Of a stretch of DNA of 64,000 nt, positions 26,540 through 43,798 are shown one piece after another (positions within the stretch are counted from its first letter, which is position 1; the number at the start of each line of letters is the position of its first letter). Source of the DNA: the human T2T-CHM13v2.0 reference genome, Homo sapiens. A program made the position numbers and the translations under genes. The notes below the pieces were generated by a model. It had not been told where the DNA came from and searched no databases. It saw only the letters and a list, made by a program, of their open reading frames with translations. The stretch lies in the NCBI RefSeq assembly GCF_009914755.1, contig NC_060931.1, one strand, 5' to 3'.

Positions 26540-29500
26540 AAAATCACAGTTATATTGAGGCTACAGAACAAGATGGCCTAGTAGAACCCTCCAGCAATTG
26601 TACCCCCCTTGCAGAAACATCAACTTGAACAACAGTGCATGCAAAAAGAAAGCACCTTTGTAAGAAATAAAACATCATTTGAGAGAACAGAGTACCTGGT
26701 CTTAGCATAATGACAAGAAAATATGCATTGAATAGGATTGGAAGAACAGTCTTGAACAGCCTATACCACACCTCCTCCAACCCCAAGGAGCACAGTCTGA
26801 AAAGAGAATCTGTGTGCTTGGGGAGGAAAAGCACGGTGAGTGTGGGATTATGCATTGGAACTCAGTGCCACCCTGTCACTATGCAACACAACACAGGAAA
26901 AAATTCTGCCAGTGCCCACAGAGGGAGCATTTAGAATAGCCCTGGACCTGAGGGGAATCCATTGTCCTGGCAGAAGGAATGTGAGTCCCAACCTTCTTTA
27001 CCACTGGCTGACTAAAGTAACCTTGAGCCTTGAATAAATTTCAGTGACAACTAGACCATCCTGACTGCAGTCCTTGAATGAGCCCTGGTGCCACACTGCT
27101 CTCAGAGGCTGTGGGCTCAGGGTACAACCCAGCATGACACTAGCTGCAGTGGCCATGGGAGAGCCTATGCCACCCCTCCCCCAATGCCAGACAGTGCACT
27201 GTAGACAGAGACTCCTTCAATTTGGATGAAAGAGTGAAGAATACAGAGGACTTTGTCCTCCAACTGAATATCAGCCCAACCACGTTAAAATAAAGCACCA
27301 GGGAGAATCCCAAAGCCCCTAGTTCCAGGTCATTATTACTAGGTCATTGCTTCTAGACCCATTGTGAGCCAGAAAGAAATCTACTTCCCTGGTAGGATGG
27401 ACCAAGTTTAGCAGGACTCACCACTAGGTGCTGGTTAAAATGGCCTCTGGCCTTGAATAAACATTGGTGGCAGTCACACAATAGCAGCCATGGGCCTTTG
27501 GCAAGCTACAGTAATGTGCTGGTCTGGGAGACTCTGGGCTTCACGTACAAGCTGGTGTAATGACAGCTGCAGCAGCCATGGAATTGCTAACATCACCCCT
27601 CCCCCAACTCCAGGCATCTTAGCATAGAGAGAGGCTCTTTCTACTAGAATAAAGAGAAGGAAGAGAGCAAGGGACTTTCCCTGGGAACCTAGGGAAATCT
27701 CCCTCATCTTCCTTATGCCCATCAGGGCTGGGCATTTAGGAGTCTGCAAGAGTTGCAGCATATTGGGCTTAGTGTGCCATGTAGTGTGAAAATGGCTGCA
27801 GTGACCACAGGCTAACGGAACTCAAAACTCAGTCCCCTCTGAATTCTTGGAAGGCCTCTGAAGAGGGACAGTTACAAACAAGACCAGACTGTGAAGACTA
27901 GAATAAATAGTCTTCAATGCCCAGACATCAATGAATGTCCACAAGCATCAAGGACGTCCAGGAAGATATGATCATACCAAATGGAATAAATAAGGCACCA
28001 GTGACTAACCCTGAAGGACAGAGACATGTGATCCCTTACCCAGAGAATATAAAATAGCTGTTTTGAGGAAGCTCAATGAATTTCAAGAAAACAGATGGAA
28101 GGAATCCATAAATTTATGAGATAAATTTAACAAAGAAATTAAAATAATTTTAAAAATCAAACAAATTTTGGAGCCACAAAATAATGAACAAAACTGAAAA
28201 ATGCATTAGAGTGTCTCAACAGCAGAACTGATCAAACGGAGGAAAGAATCAGTGAGCTCAAAGTCAGGATACTTGAAAGTTACATAGAGGAGAAAAAAGA
28301 TGAAAGAGTGAAGAATGTTTCCAAGATCTAGAAAATAGCCTCAAAGGGGCAAATCTAAGATTTATCGGCCTTAAAGAAGAAGTAAAGGTAGAAATAGGGG
28401 TAGAAAGTTTATTCAAAGAAATGACAACTGAGATCTTTCCAAACCTAGATGAAGACATATTCTTTGAAGTCATGTGATCATTTTAATAAATGCCACAAAA
28501 GCATTCAATAACATTCAACATCCTTTCATGACCAAAGCTCTCAACAAACTGGGTTTAGAAGAAATACCTCAAATCAATATAGGTCATATGTGAAAAACCC
28601 ATGGCTAGCATCACACTGAATTGGGAAAAACTGAAAGCTTTTCCTGTAAGAACTGGAACAAGAAAAGGTTTCCTACTTTCACCACTTTTATTAAATATAG
28701 TACTAGAAGTCCTAGCAAGAGCAATTGGACAAGAGAAAGAAATAAAGGGCATTAGAAATTAGGAAGGAAGAAGTCAAATTGTCCTTGCAGATGACATTAT
28801 CTTATACTTATAGAAACCTAAGATTTCTGCAAAAAGACTGTTATGGCTGATAAATTCAGTAAGATTGCGTGTTACAAAATCAAAATACAAAAACCAGCAG
28901 CATTTCTATATGCCAATAGTGAACAATTTGAAAAAGAAATCAAGAAAACAATTCCATTTAAAATAGCTACAAAAAATACCTGGGAATAAATTTAACCAAA
29001 AAGTGAGAGATCTCTACAGTGAAAATGATAAAATGCTAACGAAAGAAATTGAAGATGACACAAACAATGGAAAAATATTCCATTTTCATGGATTGAAAGA
29101 ATTGTGTTAAAATGTTGATGATACCGAATGCAGTCTATAGATTCAATGAAATCTCTACCAAAATACCAATGATCTTGTTCACAGAAATAGAAAAAAAAAA
29201 AAAAACACTAAAATTTGCATGGAACTACAGAAGATCCTGACATAGCCACAGCAATTCTTGGCAAAGAGAATAAAGCTGGGGGCATCACTTCACCTGACTT
29301 CAGAATATACTGCAAAGCTATAGTAATGAAAACAGCATGGTACCAGCATAAAAGCAGACACATAGACCAATGGAACAGAATGGGGGACCAAGAAATAACT
29401 ACACACATTTAAAGCCAAATGATTTTTCAGAAATGCACCAAGAACATATGTTGGATAATGGAGAGTGTCTGTAATCAATGGTGCTAATAATACTGGATAT

Positions 29501-30879
29501 CCATATGCAGACAAATGAAACTAGACCCCTTTATCTGTCATCATATAAAAAATCAACTCTGGGTTAAAGACAAACCAAAGACCTGAAACTATGAAACTAT
29601 TAGAAGAAAACAGAGAAATGCTTCAGGATGCTGTTCTGGGCAAAGATTGTTTGAGCACCTCACAATCACATACAATCAAAGCAAAAATTGACAAATGGGA
29701 TTACATCAAACTAAAAGCTTCTACACAGCAAAGGAAACAATGAAGAAAGTGAAGAGACAACTTCTTGGGAGAAAACATTTGTAAACTATCCACCCAACAA
29801 AGAGTTAATTGCCAGAAAATATAAGGAAGTCAAACCATTGGGTAGCAAACAAACAAAACAAAACAAAACAAAATCTAATTTAAAAATAAAAAAGGCCTGG
29901 ATAGACATTTCTTAAAATCGACACCACGGCTGGGTATATGGAAAAATGCTCAACATCATTCATACCTAATTATCAGGAAAATGCAAATCAAATATCATCT
30001 CATCCTAGTTAGAATGCTATTAACAAAAATACAAAACATAACAACTGCTGGCAACAGTGTGGAGAAAGTGGGGAACACTTGTACACTGTTGGTGAGAATA
30101 TAAATTAGTACAGCCATTATGGAAAATAATATGGACATTCCTCAAAAAACTATAATTAGAACTACCATATAATTCATGAATCCCCCAGCTGGGTATGTAT
30201 CCCAAAGAAAGGAAATCAGTATATCAAAGAGATATCTTCACTCCCATGTTTATTGCAGCACTATTTATAACCAAGATACGGAATCGACCTAAGTGTCCAT
30301 CAATGGATGTAGGAAGATAATGTGGTGTATGTACATGATGGAATATTTTCAGCCATAAAAAGAATATTATTATTAATGGATGAATAAATAAAGATAATGT
30401 GGTGTATATACATGATGGAATATTATCCAGCCACAAAAAGAATAATATTCTATTACTTTCAGTAACATACAACAAAGTAGAGGGCATTATGTTAAGTGAA
30501 ATAGACAAGGTATAGAAAGACAAATATCACACGTTCTCATTCATGTCTGGGGGCTAAAACAATTGACTTTATGGAGATAGTGACTAGAATGTTGGTGAGG
30601 CCAGGAAGGGTAGTGGGGTAGAGAGTTGAAGACAGGTTGGTTTACAAAAATACAGTTAGGAGTGTGAGCGACGCAGAAGACAGATGATTTCTGCATTTCC
30701 AACTGAGGTAATGGGTTCATCTCACTGGGGAGTGCCGGAGAGTGGGTGCAGGACAGTGGGTGCAGTGCATGGTGCATGAGCCAAAGCAGGATGAGGCATC
30801 GCCTCACCCGGGAAGCATGAGGGATCAGGGAATTCCCTTTCCTAGTCAAAGAAAGGGGTGACAGATGGCACCTGGAAAA

Positions 30880-31062
30880 TCAGGTCACTCCCACCCTAAT
30901 ACTGCGCTTTTCCAACGGGCTTAACAAACGGCACACCAGGAGATTATATCCCACACATGGCTCAGAGGGTCCTACACCCACGAAGCCTCGCTCATTGCTA
31001 GCACAGCAGTCTGAGATCAAACTGCAAGATGGCAGCGAGGCTGGGGGAGGGGCACCTGCCAT
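30880..31062 (-). CDS. ORF0: LINE-1 ORF0, truncated to 60 aa
   Basis: MAGAPPPASLPSCSLISDCCASN...RVGVT then TGA; the L1HS protein continues RFSR... to 71 aa. Confidence 0.8.
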   Translation of the reverse strand: MAGAPPPASLPSCSLISDCCASNERGFVGVGPSEPCVGYNLLVCRLLSPLEKRSIRVGVT

Positions 31063-31635
31063 TGCCCAGGCTTGAGTAGGTAAACAAAGCGGCTGGGAAG
31101 CTTGAACTGGGTGGAGCCCACCACAGCTCAAGGAGGCCTGCTGCCTCTGTAGGCTCCACCTCTGGGGGCAGGGCACAGACGAACAAAAGATAGCAATAAC
31201 CTCTGCAGACTTAAATGTCCCTGTCTGACAGCTTTGAAGAGAGTAGTGGTTCTCCCAGCACGCAGCTTGAGATCTGAGAACGGGCAGACTGCCTCCTCAA
31301 GTGGGTCCCTGACCCCCGAGCAGCCTAACTGGGAGGCACCCCCAGTAGGGGCGGACTGACACCTCACACAGCCGGGTACTCCTCTGAGACAAAACTTCCA
31401 GAGGAACGATCAGGCAGCAACATTTGCGGTTCACCAATATCTGCTGTTCTGCAGCCACCACTGCTGATACCCAGGCAAACAGGGTCTGGAGTGGACCTCC
31501 AGTAAACTCCAATAGACCTGCAGCTGAGGGTCCTGACTGTTAGAAGGAAAACTAACAAACAGAAAGGACATCCACACCAAAAACCCATCTGTAGGTCACC
31601 ATCATCAAAGACCAAAGGTAGATAAAACCACAAAG

Positions 31636-32652
31636 ATGGGGAAAAAACAAAGCAGAAAAACCGGAAAATCTAAAAATCAGAGCGCCTCTCCTCCTCCAAC
31701 GGAACACAGCTCCTCACCAGCAACAGAACAAAGCTGGACGGAGAACGACTTTGAAGAGTTGAGAGAAGAAGGCTTCAGAAGATCAAACTACTCCAAGCTA
31801 AAGGAGGAAGTTCCAAATAATGGCAAAGAAGTTAAAAACTTTGAAAAAAAATTAGACGAATGGATAACTGGAATAAACAGTGCAGAGAAGTCCTTCAAGG
31901 ACCTGATGGAGCTGAAAACCACAGGACGAGAACTACATAATGAATGCACAAGCCTCAGTAACCAATGCAATCAACTGGAAGAAAGGGTATCAGCGATGGA
32001 AGACAAAATGAATGAAATGAAGCGTGAAGAGAAGTTTAGAAAAAAAAGAATAAAAAGAAACGAACAAAGCCTCCAAGAAATATGGGACTATGTGAAAAGA
32101 CCAAATCTACGTCTAATTGGTGTACCTGAAAGTGACGGGGAGAATGGAACCCAGTTGGAAAACACTCTGCAGGATATTATCCAGGAGAACATCCCCAATC
32201 TAGCAAGGCAGGCCAAAATTCAAATTCAGGAAACACAGAGAATGCCACAGAGATACTCCTCGAGAAGAGCAACTCCAAGACACATAATTGTCAGATTCAC
32301 CAAAGTTGAAATGAAGGAAAAAATGTTAAGGGCAGCCAGAGAGAAAGGTCGGGTTACCCAAAAAGGGAAGCCCATCAGACTAACAGCTGATCTCTTGGCA
32401 GAAACTCTACAAGCCAGAAGAGAGTGGGGGCCAATATTCAACATTCTTAAAGGAAAGAATTTTCAACCCAGAATTTCATATCCAGCCAAACTAAGCTTCA
32501 TAAGTGAAGGAGAAATAAAATACTTTACAGACAAGCAAATGCTGAGAGATTTTGTCACCACCAGGCCTGCCCTAAAAGAGCTCCTGAAGGAAGCACTAAA
32601 CATGGAAAGGAACAACTGGTACCAGCCACTGCAAAAACATGCCAAATTGTAA
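31636..32652 (+). CDS. L1 ORF1: LINE-1 ORF1p (RNA-binding chaperone), intact 338 aa
   Basis: Canonical length; MGKKQSRK start, coiled coil, RRM (RPNLRLIGVPE), REKG, ARREW and YPAKLS motifs. Confidence 0.95.
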   Translation: MGKKQSRKTGKSKNQSASPPPTEHSSSPATEQSWTENDFEELREEGFRRSNYSKLKEEVPNNGKEVKNFEKKLDEWITGINSAEKSFKDLMELKTTGRELHNECTSLSNQCNQLEERVSAMEDKMNEMKREEKFRKKRIKRNEQSLQEIWDYVKRPNLRLIGVPESDGENGTQLENTLQDIIQENIPNLARQAKIQIQETQRMPQRYSSRRATPRHIIVRFTKVEMKEKMLRAAREKGRVTQKGKPIRLTADLLAETLQARREWGPIFNILKGKNFQPRISYPAKLSFISEGEIKYFTDKQMLRDFVTTRPALKELLKEALNMERNNWYQPLQKHAKL

Positions 32653-32700
32653 AGACCATCAAGGCTAGGAAGAAACTGTATCAACTAACGAGCAAAATAA

Positions 32701-36536
<3,836 letters not shown>

Positions 36537-39500
36537 ACAATGAGAATACATGGACAGAGGAAGGGGAACATCACACACCGGGGACTGTTGTGGGGTTGGG
36601 GGAGCGGGGAGGGATCGCATTAGGAGATATACCTAATGCTAAATGACAAGTTATTGGGTGCAGCACACCAACATGGCACATGTATACATATGTAACAAAA
36701 CTGCACGTTGTGCACATGTACCCTAAAACTTAAAGTATAATAATAATAAAAAAATATATATATGTATATATATATTCAAATGTAAAAAAAAATACAGTTA
36801 GAAGGATAGGTTCTATTGTTTGACAGCACAATAGGACACTATCATTAAAAATAATTTATTGCACATTTCAAAATATCTAGAAGTATTGGAATGTTCCCAA
36901 CAAAAACAAATGATACATCTTTGAGGTGATGGATATTTTAATTACCTTAATTTGATTATTATACCTTGGATGCTTGTATCAAAATACCACATGTACCCCA
37001 TAAATATATACAACTATTATGAATCAATTTTTTAAAATAAAAAAATTATAGTTATATAATTATCTAGTGTTCTATTTTGCTTCTGTATTCCTCTAAAATC
37101 TGTCATACTGCCACATTATACATACAAATCCCAATTGCATCTTTCACATTAGCCCTTTTTGTGTTACTTCCTTGGCATTTTACAACTGCCCTAATGTTTT
37201 TAGATCAAGACATGAGGGGGAAAGAAATTTTACATTATTACATTTAACTTAGTATTTACTTGTGATTCATAGCTGAAGTTTACTTACTTCTCTGAAACGT
37301 ATTTAACCATCCATAGATACAAAATAGCTATTGTGTAAATTCTTCTTGTATTAAAAGAAAAAAAACTAATTTGTGTTTGATTTAGTAGTTCCCAAATGAG
37401 AATAATCAAGCAAATGTGTTTTCTCAATCACTGACTTTCTTGGACCAAATAAGTTAGATAAGAAAAACTAAGCTATGGCATATGATTTCTGGAAACAGTT
37501 ATTGTTGAAACAAATTAATTTAGAAAGAAGTTATAAAACTTATGTACAAATTTTATTTATTAGATATTTATGCATTGCTTTCCACGTTTCTCCTATTGTG
37601 AGGTATAAAGTACAGAAATATGAATTTTACTGAAATAAATGTAAATTTTACTTAATCTTTTCTTAATAGCTTTCATTTTTGTTATTTGGAAAAATGATTC
37701 ATAAGGATCACGTAGGGAGTAGCATTGGTTATAGTATAACTGATTTTAAAGAAAATTTTTCCATGGAGAAAGACAAAATTGAGTTGAAAATACAAGACTG
37801 TTAATTGTTTTGTTCCTGTATAAGAATCAACAAAAGTAAACTCATTGTTTCATCTTATGTTATGTAACTGTCTGCTCTTAAAGAAAAACACAAATTCACA
37901 CAATCCTTTATACTTTCTATACAATAATTTACATGTATTTTATATATTTACCTTTATATTTATAAACATACACAATATATTTTTCATTTGTTGAGAATTG
38001 AGTGCAGTTTTTCATCAGGGGGTCATTTTCTTCTATAATTTTCAAGATAAAAGACATTCTTTTAATGTCAGCCTCATGCCTACATGGCTATGTTTTCTAC
38101 TATTAAGCAAGCAACCTGGATTTAATTCCCAACCCAGATTGCACACTCCCCAGACTACTTGGTTCAACACCTGTAAAGAAGAAAATTACTTATGTTACAT
38201 GAAAGCACCTATTTTAGTTTTAAGGAGAGGTGCTAGTTTCCAATAAAGGAATAGAGTGTATTTTTCTTTGTTTTCTGTTGGAAATGTAGTAGTTGTGGCC
38301 TTTCAGCAGAATATGTCAAGCCACCCCACAAAGAGTTCCTTTCCCAGTGTATTTATTGCTGCGTGCACCACCACATGTTTTTCGCATAAAGAAAAGAAAA
38401 ATGCAGGTATTAGAGATTCTAATTATATGTTTCTACAAGCTGAATTAACACGGAAATGTCAAATTGCTTGGGGGAGCATTTAACCCTGTACCTCTAGAGC
38501 ATTCCAAAGTATTTGTGTTTCTGTACACTTAGACTCTTAAAAGCTATTTGACCGTTTTCCCAGGGTATCTGCACCTAAGAGACTAACTAGCTTTATACTG
38601 ACACAGTGACAACTATTAGATAGAACTTACTTCAGGTTTTTCTTGTTGTCGTTGTCGGGGGATTGTAACTTTTTATTCCACTCCAAATCTGAAGGTTTAA
38701 GATAGAGGAATATAAACTTTCAGTAGGTCAGTGTATTAGCAGATGTTTATATTGTCTGTGTGTTTGTGTATCTGTGTGTGGGTATATGTTTATGAGACAG
38801 AGGGAGAGAAAATCCAGCTAACTGTATCTTAGAAACATCAATGGAGAGGTAGAGAGATAGCATTCTTCTCCCACCCTGTAATACTTGATTTCTGGACTAG
38901 GAAAAAAATTGGTAGCGGTCCACTTGGGATTTTTTATAATATTGCAAAATGGCTATGATTATTAATTTATGTTTTAACAAATAACCACATTAAGGGATAA
39001 AGTAGAAAGCACAGTCATTGGAGCATAAACTTGAACAGGAATAATAAGACATTTTATTGTCAGCAGGGATTTATCTCTCAGGGATGCTAGAATGCTGGGT
39101 TTCCTTTGCTTACCATGAATTATTGATTCTATGTCCTGTTACTTCCATTATGGTGTTTCCAAAATATCAGCCTAACCAGTCTTTTGTATTAAACCTATTT
39201 CAAAAATAATAGACTACTAATATAATTGCATCAGTTTCTTAAAATATTGACATTTGGGTATAATTATATATATATATATATTCATATTCTAGTATTATAG
39301 AAAAATAACTGAAAAAATGCAGTGGCCTCAAATATATTAACTATCTACATTTCAAAATCTGTGTAAACATTTTATTGAAAAATTTTTAGGCTTTTCCTTA
39401 CGTATGTTGAGAAATTTTTTGGCATTTTTTATTTTCTCCTGGCAACATGAAACAGCTGGGTTAAAACAACAGTTTAGATTCAGGTTTGTTTTCTTTCTTT

Positions 39501-40622
39501 TTTCTTTCAAGAAGAGGTCATGGACCACCTGTAAACTGTATCTTGATGGATTAAATAAAACTTGTAAAATTGAATCCTGGTAATAAAGTAGATTCTATAA
39601 AATAGACACCTTGTATCTCTCTCCATTATTCCATTCTTTTGTGGTTCTTCCTTGATTCAAATGTGCACTTATTTTAACATATGTAATTTCTACAAATTCT
39701 ACAACACTTCTTGCTTTCTTTCCTAAGACACCTATAGTGACTTTTCTTATTGTGCTGGGCAAACTTTGAACTCCTAGATGCCATTTATGACAGCTCAAAA
39801 TGAATGCCTTGATAAGGCTACAAAGCAAAGTGGTGGTTTGAAAAGCCTATTGATGAAAGGTTGGCAGGGAGGCTGTGCTAACCACATGCAAGGATCATGC
39901 ATGAGGCTACAGGAGGTCACAGGTTTTTAAGGAGCATGGATCAAGCAGGGTCAGATTGGTTACAGCCAATTGCACAGCACATTCTTCTCCATTCATCCCC
40001 AGCTGCATCTCTAATTATGACCTACACAATCAGCGATGAAGCATTAAAAAGTGGAACTGTATTGTTCCATGGTGAGTGCTTAGCAAAAAAGCTGGAATTT
40101 GATACTTAGTCACAGTTTGCAAACAATGTGGTTGAACCACCTGAGGGGTCACATTTTTACATTCTGAGGCAATTTATTAGTAATGGTACATGTCAGTCAA
40201 AAATCCCCCTAAAGCTCTTTCATTACTAGCCATGACTTTGATACAGAAATGGTTCAAAGTAATAGGCAAATAAAACAAGAGCTAGATCATTTACAAAGAA
40301 GGATCACCACATTCCCTTTATCCTTTCCTGATGAGCAATCTTTGTAGTTGAGCTCTAAGTGGTATAAAGATTATACTGGATGGGTTATTTTGAAAGCAAG
40401 CCTTTTTATTTGTCAATGAGGGATTGTTAAAGCTTCTAAACTATTTCCATGATTTCTTCCATTTTAACTGAAAATATAAACAGAAGCAAACACTATGGTT
40501 GAGTCACTGCAACGACACTTCTCCCAGCTATAGTTTTTTAGATAGGAATGACTCAAGTTTACAAAGCTGGTATAAATTTGGAAAGAGTCCTGCATAAAGA
40601 TGTTTCACAACTTCCTTCCAAA

Positions 40623-40659
40623 ACACACACACACATACACACACACTCACACACACACA
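40623..40659. repeat. Imperfect (CA)n microsatellite
   Basis: Direct reading. Confidence 0.9.
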
Positions 40660-41045
40660 TTCATACACAAATTTCTTTTTCAAGACAAATTTAAGGAATT
40701 CAACAAAAATTACTTTTCTATTTTTTGGAAGGAAATACCACCTTTCATCAACAAATGCAACATTTTAGTAGTTTTAATTTTTCTATACATGCTTCTGGAA
40801 TGATTACTATTATACATTTCTTTCTTCATCTACTGACTTCTATGTAGGAACTTACCCTTCATAACTGATGCAGTTATGACATCACAGGATGTATTATATG
40901 TGTAGAATAATGGTTCTATTGCCATAGCCTCTCTAAGTGAAGGTTTTTTAACAATGAAAGTCACATTCTTAAAGATTTTATAGGGTCCATTTTAAATCAA
41001 TAACCAAAAAGTTAAAATAAGAAGTAGAATATACTGTAGAAAGCA

Positions 41046-41368
41046 GGCCGAGTGTGGTGCCTCATACCTGTAATCTCAGCACTTTAGGAGGCTGAGTCAG
41101 GAGGATTGCTTGAGCCCAGAAGTTTGAGACCAGCCGAGGAAACATGGCAAAACCCTGTCTCTACAAAAAACACAAAAGTTAGCTAGGTGTGATGGCATGT
41201 GCCTGTAGTCCCAGCTACTCAGGGGGCTGAAGTGGGAAGACCACCTGATTCTGGGAAATCGAGGCTGTGGTGAGCTGTGATCATGCCATTGCACGCTAGC
41301 CTGGGTGACAGGGTGTCAGAGTGAGACCCTGTGTCCAAAACAAACAAACAAACAAAAAAACACAAAAC
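41046..41368 (+). mobile_element. AluJ element
   Basis: ggattgcttgagcccagaag and gaggctgtggtgagctgtgatc; (CAAA)n tail. Confidence 0.92.
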
Positions 41369-42109
41369 TTAGTAGTAGTAGTAGAAGTAAAAATCAATCA
41401 ATTGAAATTGCGTATGTAGAGAGAAAAAACTTGAAAGCAGTCTAGACTTTATTCTATTTCTTTGTTTTATACTAGTCATTTTTAAAAAAGAAACAATAAA
41501 TAATGGGATGTGTAGGAAAAATAAAACGTAGTGAAAATAACTAAGATTTACAAATCATTTTTACATGCCAGGACATATAATCTGCAATTTAGATGTAGTA
41601 TCTCAATTAATCCTCAAAGCAGTCCTGTGCATCATTTGCCTCTCTAAAGCCTTATGAAGTATGTATTATTATTCCAAATTTAGAAGACAGAAAAATTAGA
41701 TTCAAGGTCACATATACTGCTTCACCGTAAATTTCTGATTACTCTATTAACTGATACTTTATTAATCTTATAATAATATTTGTGGCTTAACCCCGCACCA
41801 ACTTGAGCAATTTGATTCCAGTTTAAAAAGTAAATTATATATTTGTTTTCTTGTTTTATATTAAAAATAGTTTTCTAATCAATGTTCACCATTTTTGTTT
41901 GAAATCTGGAAGCTATGCACCTGTGTATGAACATCTATGCATATATCTTTTGATCCCACTCTTAAACTCCCCTAACCATTTCCATTGCCCATAAACATTA
42001 ACATTTTAGAGTGAAAAATTTGGTTGTGTAAACATTAATGTAATAATTAACTCAACAAAAGTAATCAGCACATGATAAATAATTGGCTAAAAGTAAAAAA
42101 AAAAAAAAA

Positions 42110-42620
42110 CAGTATTGTTATGTAGCCTCAAAGCAACACCCCACAAATGGCTTGATAAATACGTGCAATGAAATGAAACTTTACAATGGAAATTCTCACA
42201 GAAATCACCTTCACCAACAGGCTGAATTTGGCATCTTCTAAGAAGACACAAATGGTCATTATGTGATTCTAGTATAATAGGAAGTACACAACATCACGTG
42301 TAGTATTCTTGTCAAAGTTGTTTAACCTTAGTGTAATCATGAATAAACGTTCAAAAACACTCAGATGGTGGGACATTCTATCAGAAAATTTGGCTCTATT
42401 ATTAAAAGAAAAAATGTCAATATCATGAAAAACAAAAAAAAGGCGAAATGAACAAAGTGTAATTTCACATTAAACTAAAAAGACAGGTAACCAATTAAAA
42501 TGCAGAATCATTGTTTGAATCCTGGATCAAAATAATCAAATAAATAAACGAATCAGCAAAGAACCATTGAGACAATGGGGAAATTCAAATAAACACTATA
42601 TGTTAGATAACATTATTGTT
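42110..42620 (+). mobile_element. Old L1MC/ME 3'UTR fragment
   Basis: ggaagtacacaacatcac..gtattcttgtcaaag..gtgggacattcta..tttgaatcctggatc pattern. Confidence 0.45.
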
Positions 42621-43798
42621 AAAGTTTGATTTACAGAAATTTAAAAACCATGAGGAACAAATAAAAAATAAATACATCTAAAATATTTATCTAGCTCACA
42701 TCACTTAATAAGGGAACCAGTAAGATATTAACCAATCCAAAGATTATATGAAGAGTTAGGTTTCTATAAGGCAAATTAATAAAGGGATATTAAGATAGTA
42801 TTGCTGGATTAGATATAAAACTAGAGCAATAAACTGTAGCTGTAGAGTTGTTGTTTCAAACAGATAGAAATGATTCGCATCTGTATAAACAGAAATCTAC
42901 CAGGTGACCTCTGTTATTTCATAAATCTGTGTTAAAAAATCTGTTTCATAAATTTCATAAATCTGTTATAAAATACATCAGTCAATAGAAAATTTACCAA
43001 AATTGTAAGCCTAGAACTAATGGGTATACCAAAGGATATCTAGTAATCTCTTTCACTTATTAACAAGTATCAGAATTTGTTTTTTGCTTAATATTAATAT
43101 ATCAAAGTTAAAGTTCTTGTGTGAAGTAACAGAACTTCCACTTTTGTAGAACACTGTCCTAGCTTTTAAAAATTACATGCAGAAAAATTTTGAGATTGTA
43201 TTTCACAATTATTTTCATATTGCTTTCAAATGGATCTGATAATGATACCACTTGGGGAAGGCAGAAAGTAAATTTGGCCAAACTACTTATACCTGATGAA
43301 TCTAGATAATGGGTATGGAGGTGTTAATTTGCTAATCTTCCAACTCCTCTTCAGGTTTGGAATTTTTTAAATTAATCATTTGAGGACATCAATAATGAAA
43401 TATGTAGCATGTTTTGGCATTTTTTCTTATATATATTTTAAGGTGATATCAATTTGCTTCTATATGTGTCCTGATTCTCCAGTCATAGAAAAACCATAGC
43501 CCTTAGGACATAGCTTTGCAGTGACAGCGTTTTTGTATTTTTTTTATAGCAATTTTCAAATATCATAATTGCTACTTGCAAGCTGTGTATCATTGGCAAA
43601 CTTAATTACACTCTGTGTTATGTTAGGGATACGGCACCAAAATTATCAATCATATATTTAATACTCAATAAATTCTGTTAATAGTATTAAATTTTATTTC
43701 CTTAGTAGGTAGACCAGTAATCTCCATTTAGTTAAATAGACTCCAAAGATTCTTATAAAGTATAATGTGGGACTAATTTTAAAAGCCTCTAAAAGTAC

